From the NCBI GenBank assembly GCA_964454175.1, contig CAYVSA010000090.1, positions 1-6,569 on the forward strand: a stretch of 6,569 bases of DNA, in the 5' to 3' direction. The translations under genes and the position numbers were made by a program. Positions 1-5,896 of the stretch are shown here, piece by piece. Source of the stretch: an uncultured Pseudomonadota bacterium (GTDB lineage: Bacteria > BMS3Abin14). The first letter of the stretch is position 1; each line of letters opens with the position of its first letter. The notes under the pieces are model-generated. The model did not search any database, was not told the DNA's origin, and saw only the letters and a program-made list of their open reading frames with translations.

Positions 1-918
1 GACCCGATCCCGGTGATCCTGCCGCACGTTTCCGGCTCAGATGCCGCCGGCGAGGTAGTTGCCGTAGGTGAAGATGTAAGACACATAAAGGTGGGTGACC
101 GCGTCGTTTCTCACTCCAACATGTCGTGTCGTGTGTGCAGCGCCTGTACAGCCGGCCGAGAGTTCGATTGCGCCAACCGCACCATCTGGGGATTCCAGAC
201 CGGTCCTAACTGGGGAGGCTTTTCCGAGATCACTCATCTACCAGAGGTCAACGTGGTCAAGATCCCCGAAGGGGTCAGCTACGAACAAGCAGCGGCAGCT
301 TCAATGACCCTGTTGACTTCATGGCACATGCTGGTGGGCCGGGCAAAGATCGTCCCGGGACAGACGGTACTTGTGATGGGCGGCGGCTCGGGAGTCGGCA
401 GCTTCGCCATACAGATAGCCAAGCTGTACAACTGCAGTGTCATCGCCACGGCCAGCCCCGACAAGCTGGACAAGTGCATGGAGCTCGGCGCAGACTACGC
501 CGTAGATCACAGGAAAGATGACTGGCATAAGGAAGTACGGGGCATAAGCAAAGAGATCGCCAAGGCAGCCGGCACGGCACCCGGGATCGACGTCTCATTT
601 GATCACATCGGGGAGACCCACTTTAACAAGCAGCTTACGCTGCTGAAGTTCGGCAGTACATTAGTCTCCTGCGGCGCTACCACCGGATATAATGCCAAAG
701 TGGACCTGCGCCACATCTTCTTCAAGGGCATCAACATCCTGGGTTCTACCCAGGGCACCCGGGCAGAGCTGGAAGAGGGTTTCAAGTGGATGGCCAAGGG
801 TAAGATCAAGGCGATTATCGATTCGGTCTACTCCTTCGAGCAGGCCGCCGAAGCGCACACAAAAATGGCTACCGGCAAGGGGCTTTTCGGCAAGATACTG
901 ATGAAGCCAAGCGTCTGA
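1..918 (+). CDS. MDR-superfamily zinc-binding dehydrogenase / quinone oxidoreductase-like protein (5'-truncated by the window edge)
   Basis: Frame is open from base 1 (DPIPVILPHV...) to TGA at 916-918. It has a structural-Zn motif CRVCSAC-x7-C and a Rossmann motif VLVMGGGSGVG. PHVSGSD replaces the GHE catalytic-Zn motif, so it is probably not a classical ADH. Confidence 0.9.
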   Translation, partial: DPIPVILPHVSGSDAAGEVVAVGEDVRHIKVGDRVVSHSNMSCRVCSACTAGREFDCANRTIWGFQTGPNWGGFSEITHLPEVNVVKIPEGVSYEQAAAASMTLLTSWHMLVGRAKIVPGQTVLVMGGGSGVGSFAIQIAKLYNCSVIATASPDKLDKCMELGADYAVDHRKDDWHKEVRGISKEIAKAAGTAPGIDVSFDHIGETHFNKQLTLLKFGSTLVSCGATTGYNAKVDLRHIFFKGINILGSTQGTRAELEEGFKWMAKGKIKAIIDSVYSFEQAAEAHTKMATGKGLFGKILMKPSV

Positions 919-947
919 CCTGACGTACTGATTATCGCATATGAAAC

Positions 948-975
948 AAAACGCCTCCTGAGAAGGAGGCGTTTT
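948..975. terminator. Intrinsic terminator, probably bidirectional
   Basis: AAAACGCCTCCT-GAGA-AGGAGGCGTTTT is a perfect 12-bp stem with a GNRA-type loop and A/T tracts on both sides. It sits between the convergent dehydrogenase and msrA genes. Confidence 0.9.
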
Positions 976-983
976 TGTATTTC

Positions 984-1019
984 GGTGTCAGAGCAAAACA
1001 TAAAAAAGGTGTCAGAGCA
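984..1019 (+). repeat. Two direct copies of the 12-mer GGTGTCAGAGCA (984-995, 1008-1019)
   Basis: Exact matches read from the sequence, 24 bp apart. Confidence 0.9.
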
Positions 1020-1141
1020 GGTACACCAACTTTGAAAACCCTGTCAAGTAGAGCTGTTTCGGTAACAAAGAGCTTACTTCGATGGTTGTAAAAATACCGA
1101 AACTAAGCCATCAGGCCCAAAAATTCTTCTCTAGCACTATT

Positions 1142-1153
1142 TGCTCTGACACC
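1142..1153 (-). repeat. Inverted copy of the 12-mer (TGCTCTGACACC)
   Basis: Exact reverse complement. With its flanks it forms a 16-bp inverted pair with 1004-1019. Confidence 0.9.
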
Positions 1154-1162
1154 TTTTCAGCT

Positions 1163-1807
1163 TCAGGACCCTTTACCCCATATCTTCTTAAGGTACTGGT
1201 CCCGGCCGGAGCCGAAACGGTAATATTTATACCTGATCGGGTTCCTTTTGTAGTAGTCCTGGTGATAATCCTCTGCCGGGTAGAAGGTTCCAGCCGCGGT
1301 TATTTCGGTCACGATAGGCGCACCGAACCTTCCGGACTCATCCATCACCTTTTTGGACTTCTCGGCCAGTTTTCGCTGCTCCTCGCTGTTATAGAAAATA
1401 CCCGATCTGTACTGACTCCCGACGTCGACGAACTGCCGGTCCGGTGTCGTCGGATTGATCTGGCGCCAGAATACCTCGAGGAGCTTTTCGTAGGACACTT
1501 TTTTCGGATCGTATAACACCTTAACGGCCTCAGCATGCCCGGTACCACCTGCGGAGACCTCCTTGTACGTCGGGTTTTCCTTGGTTCCGCCAATATAGCC
1601 AGAGGTGGTTGAGATGACACCATCGAGTTCATCGAAGGGGTGCTCCATGCACCAGAAACATCCGCCCGCAAAGATAGCTACTTCATGTTTTTCACTGTCC
1701 ATCCCGGGCTTCATCATAACCTCCCTGGCCCCTGCGCTCACTACCGGAAAGATTCCGGCTACCAGTATGAATGCCACAGCGACTAAAAGAATTATTGATT
1801 TTTTCAT
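1163..1807 (-). CDS. msrA: Peptide-methionine (S)-S-oxide reductase MsrA, Cys-type (GCFWC), with signal peptide, 214 aa
   Basis: Motifs FAGGCFWCME, GYIGG..NPTY.EV..G.TGHAEAV, QYRSGIFY and FYPAEDYHQDYY. Start placed at ATG 1807 (MKKSIILLVAVAFILVAG..., with AAGGA/GGTGG upstream). The longer ORF-track start at 1906 overlaps the upstream gene. Confidence 0.95.
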   Translation of the reverse strand: MKKSIILLVAVAFILVAGIFPVVSAGAREVMMKPGMDSEKHEVAIFAGGCFWCMEHPFDELDGVISTTSGYIGGTKENPTYKEVSAGGTGHAEAVKVLYDPKKVSYEKLLEVFWRQINPTTPDRQFVDVGSQYRSGIFYNSEEQRKLAEKSKKVMDESGRFGAPIVTEITAAGTFYPAEDYHQDYYKRNPIRYKYYRFGSGRDQYLKKIWGKGS

Positions 1808-1841
1808 GATCCACCAATCCTTTACTATATCAACATCAGGC

Positions 1842-2126
1842 TCAGGGCTCACCGGCCGTTCCCCTGTATGTTTTCTCCTGTATGAGGATCTGCTCCATTT
1901 CCTCAACGGTTATCTTCTCCTTGTCAAATGTAACCACGTTTATCTCACGGCGCCCGCTCCAGCCGTTTTTCACATCGATTATACCGGGCCGCCCCTCCAG
2001 GGCAGCTTTTCCCACATCGTATCAGGCCACGTAAAATGTGGCCTTGCCGCTGGCAGCACCAAGGGCAGTGCCCGCAAGCATCAGAAATGCCGCAAAACCA
2101 ATGACAATTAGTTTAATTTTCTTCAT
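1842..2126 (-). CDS. Small exported protein, 94 aa, with in-frame UGA at codon 35; candidate selenoprotein loosely resembling the MsrA N-terminal / HMA-like fold
   Basis: SD AGGAGA (2134-2139) and ATG at 2126. Hand translation: MKKIKLIVIGFAAFLMLAGTALGAASGKATFYVA-U-YDVGKAALEGRPGIIDVKNGWSGRREINVVTFDKEKITVEEMEQILIQEKTYRGTAGEP*. TGA at 2024-2022 is followed by a hairpin at 2006-1988. The ORF fills most of the interval between the two msrA genes. Confidence 0.75.
1988..2006 (-). promoter_or_regulatory. Putative bacterial SECIS hairpin for UGA 2024-2022
   Basis: Minus strand GCUGCCCU-GGA-GGGGCGGC: an 8-bp stem including two G-U pairs, G-containing loop, starting 15 nt after the UGA. Lower pairing GG/CC and AUAC/GUAU is possible. 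Confidence 0.65.
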
Positions 2127-2178
2127 GGTTGTGTCTCCTGGCCAGAGGTTAAAGTGCCTTCCCGGTTCACCCTTTTCT

Positions 2179-3021
2179 TCATCTGCCCTCAAACAGTCTC
2201 AACAGCAATTTGCCTGATCTTTCAGTAAGTCCCAGCTCCGGGAGTTCAGACACCAGCTGATCATAGTTCCCGTTCCCACCCAGGTACCCGTTGACACGCG
2301 CAACTGCAGTTGAGTTAACGAAGTCGGAGATACGGGGATAGATGGAACTTAACTCCTCGAAAATTACCCTGTTGTTCCTGGCCGAGTACTTCTGGTGGTA
2401 ATCCTCGGCCAGATTGAAACCTGTATAGGGCGCAACGTCCGTATAGATCTTTCGATCCAGTTTCTCCGCCAGATCACTTTTAACCATATCGGCTTCCCGC
2501 TCCTGCTTATCGTCGTGAAAGAATATTGCCGACCGGTACTGCACCGACCAGGAACGTTTAGTGGGGCTGTGGCTCGCAAAAAATATTTCCAGGAGCTCTT
2601 TGTAGGTAATTCGGGAGGGATCGAAATCTACCTGAACCGTCTCGGAGTGCCCCCCAAGGCTCCTGTAGGTCGGATTCTTCTTACTGCCACCGGAATAACC
2701 GACCCGGGTTCTGATAACACCGTCAAGGCTCCCGAACCGGGAGTCAGGACCCCAGAATCAGCCCAGGGCAAAGGTTGCGGTCGCGACCGTTTCGTAAACC
2801 CTGGAGTCGATGGCGGGTAAAACATGCTGTTTTTTCAGTGCTTTGGCAGTCATCTGATGGTCCCCTTCCTGCGGTGTCAGAGCAAATACTTTAGGTGTCA
2901 GAGCAAATGTCTGGTTTTGTGATGTCCCGGCTCGTCCGGGGCCCGACTCGAGGGAGTGAGTGAAAAGCAGGCCCGCAAGCGCCATTAGAACTACAACAAG
3001 CTTGACATAAGCTCGGGACAT
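2179..3021 (-). CDS. msrA: Selenocysteine-containing methionine sulfoxide reductase A (Sec-MsrA), 280 aa, Sec88, N-terminal signal/anchor
   Basis: ORFs 2758-3021 and 2179-2544 are in one frame and are joined by reading through TGA 2760-2758: ...TATFALG-U-FWGPDSRFGSLDGVIRTRVGYSGGSKKNPTYRSLGGHSETVQVDFDPSRITYKELLEIFF...QYRSAIFF...LAEDYHQKY...STAVARVNGYLGG. The UGA lies exactly at the catalytic Cys of GCFWG. SD AGGGAG precedes ATG 3021. From memory it closely resembles the Alkaliphilus (Clostridium) oremlandii Sec-MsrA type. Confidence 0.93.
2722..2750 (-). promoter_or_regulatory. Putative bacterial SECIS hairpin for msrA UGA 2760-2758
   Basis: Minus strand GUC-CUGA-CUCCCG-GUU-CGGGAG-CCUU-GAC: a 6-bp upper stem (2743-2729) starting 14 nt after the UGA, a loop beginning with G, and a 3-bp lower stem. 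Confidence 0.75.
2873..2905 (+). repeat. Two copies of the 12-mer GGTGTCAGAGCA (2873-2884, 2894-2905) inside the Sec-msrA 5' coding region
   Basis: Exact matches 21 bp apart. On the coding strand they encode FALTP twice (TFALTPKVFALTPQ). Confidence 0.9.
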
Positions 3022-3120
3022 TTAATCGTCTCCCTGTGGTTTCCTGACTGAATTGATATCCTGGACCACTTCACCGGCAATTGATCCGTAACAGCCGCAT
3101 TAATTGGTGATCTTTTCTGA

Positions 3121-3176
3121 AGTATAGATCATCTAAAGTGCAGAAAGGCTCAACAAAGGATAAAATAACTGTAAAA
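3121..3176 (-). promoter_or_regulatory. Putative promoter of the msrA operon: -10 TATACT plus 11-bp-phased TTTTAC/TTTTAT boxes
   Basis: On the minus strand, TTTTAC (3176-3171) and TTTTAT (3165-3160) are 11 bp apart and TATACT is at 3126-3121. There is no good -35 at the canonical spacing, which is consistent with activator dependence. Confidence 0.5.
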
Positions 3177-3225
3177 TCAGTCAGCTGCGTGTGACACTCA
3201 ACAGGAAAATCGGTTACATTAACAA

Positions 3226-3319
3226 GGTGTCAGAGCAAATAAGTTCGTTGGACGTTGGACACTGTTTACGTTGGACCTTGGACATTGGGCATTGGACACT
3301 GTTTTACGGTGTCAGAGCA
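3226..3319 (+). repeat. Composite repeat: 12-mer (3226-3237), six TTGGAC(N)-type heptamers (3248-3298), 12-mer (3308-3319)
   Basis: TTGGACG TTGGACA ctgtttacg TTGGACC TTGGACA TTGGGCA TTGGACA ctgttttac, bracketed by two GGTGTCAGAGCA copies. Confidence 0.85.
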
Positions 3320-3346
3320 GGAAAAACACCAGCAAGAGGAAAGCCG

Positions 3347-3446
3347 NNNNNNNNNNNNNNNNNNNNNNNNNNNNNNNNNNNNNNNNNNNNNNNNNNNNNN
3401 NNNNNNNNNNNNNNNNNNNNNNNNNNNNNNNNNNNNNNNNNNNNNN
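3347..3446. other. Scaffold gap (100 N) flanked by an identical 55-bp sequence (3292-3346 = 3447-3501)
   Basis: Seen directly. An exact overlap on both sides of a 100-N gap is typical of an unmerged k-mer overlap. Confidence 0.9.
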
Positions 3447-3502
3447 TTGGACACTGTTTTACGGTGTCAGAGCAGGAAAAACACCAGCAAGAGGAAAGCC
3501 GG

Positions 3503-4228
3503 ATGAGCAGAAAGATACTGGTTGTGGAAGACGACAGGGAGTTGGCCGGAATCCTCCAGATGCACCTTGCAGACCTCGGATACAAGGTCGACCTTGCCCA
3601 TGAAGGTGATGCGGGCAAGAAGCTGGCCCTGGAGGGCGATTACGACCTCATCATCCTCGACGTAATGCTGCCTGAAACCGACGGTCTCGACATCTGCAAG
3701 GCCGTGCGCTCGGCCCCGGGATACACTCCTATCCTGATGCTCACATGCCTGTCCTCAGAGGCCGACAAGGTCATCGGCCTGGAACTCGGAGCCGACGACT
3801 ACATGACCAAACCGTTTTCCGTCCGGGAACTCCTGGCAAGGGTGAAGGCTATCCTGCGCCGCAGTGATTCTTTAAAGCAGGGCGGCGGCCCGGAAGACAC
3901 CAGTATCATCCGCCAGGGCGGCATAGAAATAGACCCTGATAAACGTGAAGTTACAGTTGACGATGAAAAGGTGACTTTCACTGCCAAGGAGTTCGATCTT
4001 CTGGCATTCTTTGCCAGAAACCCGGGGAGAGTCTTCACCCGGAGCCAGCTGCTTGACAGTGTCTGGGGTTACGGCTACGAGGGCTACTCCCACACTGTCA
4101 ATTCACACATCAACAACCTGCGCTCCAAGATCGAGCCTGACCGCGAGAATCCGAAATACATAATTACTGTTTGGGGAGTCGGCTACAAATTCGCTGACCT
4201 GCCCGGTGCTAATGATGTATCGGAATAG
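3503..4228 (+). CDS. OmpR/PhoB-family DNA-binding response regulator, 241 aa
   Basis: SD GAGGA (3491-3495) and ATG 3503. Receiver motifs KILVVEDD, LIILDVMLP (phospho-Asp) and GADDYMTKPF. Winged-helix motifs EFDLL, VFTRSQLLDSVWG, LRSKIE and TVWGVGYKF. Confidence 0.95.
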   Translation: MSRKILVVEDDRELAGILQMHLADLGYKVDLAHEGDAGKKLALEGDYDLIILDVMLPETDGLDICKAVRSAPGYTPILMLTCLSSEADKVIGLELGADDYMTKPFSVRELLARVKAILRRSDSLKQGGGPEDTSIIRQGGIEIDPDKREVTVDDEKVTFTAKEFDLLAFFARNPGRVFTRSQLLDSVWGYGYEGYSHTVNSHINNLRSKIEPDRENPKYIITVWGVGYKFADLPGANDVSE

Positions 4229-4238
4229 TAAAGTGTAC

Positions 4239-5705
4239 ATGCACAGAACCCTGTACGGGAAAATAACACTTATCCTCCTGATGCTGTTTTTCGCCATCGC
4301 CGCACTCAACACCGTCTGGACTCTTTTCATAACCCGATCCTACATCGACGAAGCAAACCAGGAGTTAAACCGTAACCTGGCACGCTACCTGGTTACCAGC
4401 GAGTTTTCCGGCCCGGAGGCGGTCATAGACAACGCCAGCCTCAAAAAGAGCTTTGAGATGCTCATGTCCATCAACCCCAACATAGAACTCTACCTTCTCG
4501 ACACCGAAGGCAAAGTAGTCGCCTACTCGGCCCCCCCGGGAAAGAGGATCAAGGAACAGGTCCCCATCGAGCCTGTCAGGACCTACATCTCCGGCAGAAA
4601 GGGCCTGCCCATCAGGAACAAGGATCCGAGAAATCCCGGGAGCCTCAAGGTGTTTTCCGCTGCGCCTATACCTCTGGACGGACCTGCTGTTGGCTACCTT
4701 TACATCATACTTTCCGGCGAAGAGCACGATTCTGTTATGGATCTTCTTCAGACAAGTTACATCGCCAGGCTCAGCATATGGGTATGGGCCTCTGCTCTTT
4801 TGTTTCTCTTCGTCACCGGTCTTGTTCTCTTCAATCATCTGACCAGAAGGCACCGGCAGTTGACCGAAGCGGTGGAGTCCTTCCGCAGGAGCGACTTTCG
4901 AATCCCGGTGACCCTGCCCGAAACCTCAGGCGGAAAGGCAAGTGATGAGATCGACATGCTGGGAGAAGTTTTTTCGGATATGTCCCGGAGGATCATAGAC
5001 CAGATTAGTGACCTGGAAAACTCTGATGTACAGCGTAGAGAGCTCATAAGCAACATCTCCCACGACCTGCGGATGCCTCTTGCCGCCATCCAGGGGCACC
5101 TGGAGACAATTTTACTGAAAGGGAGCAGCCTTGGTGACGGCGAAAAGACCGAGCGGATCGAGATGGCGCTGAAGCAAGCAGAGCGGCTCGGCAGGCTTGT
5201 TTCAGAACTCCTTGAGCTTTCCAGGCTTGAATCACCTGGCCTGGATGTTAAAGCCGAGCCCTTTTCGCTGGCAGAGCTCGTTCAGGATATTGTACAGGAC
5301 TTTAAACCGGCTGCTGCCGAAAAGGGGATCGAACTCACCATTTTACAGGAAAAGATCCCGGCCGTATCTGGTGACATTGGTCTTGTGGAGCGCGCGCTCC
5401 AGAACCTGCTGGACAACTCCATTGGATACACTACCGAGGGCGGCTCGATCACGGTGGGGATGGAAAGCTCGGGGCCGGACGTTCTGGTTAAAGTTACGGA
5501 TGACGGGATCGGCATCAGTCCGGAAGACCTCCCCCATATTTTCGAACGTTTCTACAGGGGCCGGGGAGAATCTGGTAGAGTCGGCAGCGGCCTGGGACTG
5601 GCAATTGCGCGCCGCATCATCCAACTGCACGGATCAGATATCGAGGTCACAAGCACACCGGGTGAGGGCGCGACTTTCACATTTACCCTTCCAGTCAGCT
5701 CATAA
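4239..5705 (+). CDS. Membrane sensor histidine kinase (2 TM, periplasmic domain, HAMP, HisKA, HATPase)
   Basis: Two hydrophobic segments flank a periplasmic domain. HAMP (DEIDMLGEVFSDM), H-box ISHDLRMPL, N-box NLLDNSI, G1 DDGIGI, F-box IFERFY and G2 GSGLGLAI are present. Start is uncertain (ATG 4212, 4215 or 4239). Confidence 0.93.
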   Translation: MHRTLYGKITLILLMLFFAIAALNTVWTLFITRSYIDEANQELNRNLARYLVTSEFSGPEAVIDNASLKKSFEMLMSINPNIELYLLDTEGKVVAYSAPPGKRIKEQVPIEPVRTYISGRKGLPIRNKDPRNPGSLKVFSAAPIPLDGPAVGYLYIILSGEEHDSVMDLLQTSYIARLSIWVWASALLFLFVTGLVLFNHLTRRHRQLTEAVESFRRSDFRIPVTLPETSGGKASDEIDMLGEVFSDMSRRIIDQISDLENSDVQRRELISNISHDLRMPLAAIQGHLETILLKGSSLGDGEKTERIEMALKQAERLGRLVSELLELSRLESPGLDVKAEPFSLAELVQDIVQDFKPAAAEKGIELTILQEKIPAVSGDIGLVERALQNLLDNSIGYTTEGGSITVGMESSGPDVLVKVTDDGIGISPEDLPHIFERFYRGRGESGRVGSGLGLAIARRIIQLHGSDIEVTSTPGEGATFTFTLPVSS

Positions 5706-5738
5706 AAAATAGTTTAAAGTTCCAGGTAAAGGGATATT

Positions 5739-5750
5739 TACTCTGACACC
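5739..5750 (-). repeat. 12-mer copy with one mismatch (GGTGTCAGAGTA)
   Basis: Plus strand TACTCTGACACC, intergenic between the kinase and msrB. Confidence 0.75.
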
Positions 5751-5767
5751 GGGTCAAACGGGCTGAT

Positions 5768-5822
5768 CTTTACACATTCTTTACCACCACTTTATTGTTT
5801 CTGACCATATTCCTGCTAATCT
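5768..5822 (+). promoter_or_regulatory. Putative msrB promoter: three 11-bp-phased CTTTAY boxes plus extended -10
   Basis: CTTTAC at 5768, CTTTAC at 5779 and CTTTAT at 5790, followed by TG-C-TAATCT at 5814-5822. Direct repeats with about 11-bp periodicity are typical of OmpR/PhoB-family sites. Confidence 0.55.
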
Positions 5823-5896
5823 ATAAGTGAGGACAATATTGAAATTGACTCAGGAACTTAAAAGAGGACAGCAAAACAGATAAAGGGGGAAAAGTC

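Noticed and set aside
1..918. Dehydrogenase as the electron donor for the Msr system
   Set aside because: It is convergent, separated by a terminator and apparently cytoplasmic. Nothing beyond adjacency links it to the cluster.
1808..1906. 33-aa N-terminal extension of the Cys-MsrA
   Set aside because: It overlaps the small selenoprotein gene in another frame and would bury the signal peptide that begins at 1807.
1082..2820. Plus-strand ORFs 1082-1516, 1605-2111 and 2395-2820, and other short ORF-track entries
   Set aside because: They are antisense or off-frame shadows of well-supported genes, with no recognisable motifs.
2179..3021. msrA pseudogene, or two separate ORFs (2758-3021 and 2179-2544)
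   Set aside because: The only interruption is a UGA at the catalytic residue followed by a SECIS-like hairpin, and all other motifs are intact. Sec recoding explains this better.
984..3474. CRISPR array made of GGTGTCAGAGCA repeats
   Set aside because: The repeat is too short, irregularly spaced and in both orientations, with no spacer periodicity and no cas genes.
3292..3501. 55-bp direct repeat as a biological duplication or insertion site
   Set aside because: It exactly abuts both sides of a 100-N gap, which is typical of an assembler k-mer overlap. It is counted as one copy.
3191..3502. N-terminal extension of the response regulator (345-aa ORF)
   Set aside because: It runs through repeats and Ns. 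The receiver domain starts at ATG 3503 with an SD.
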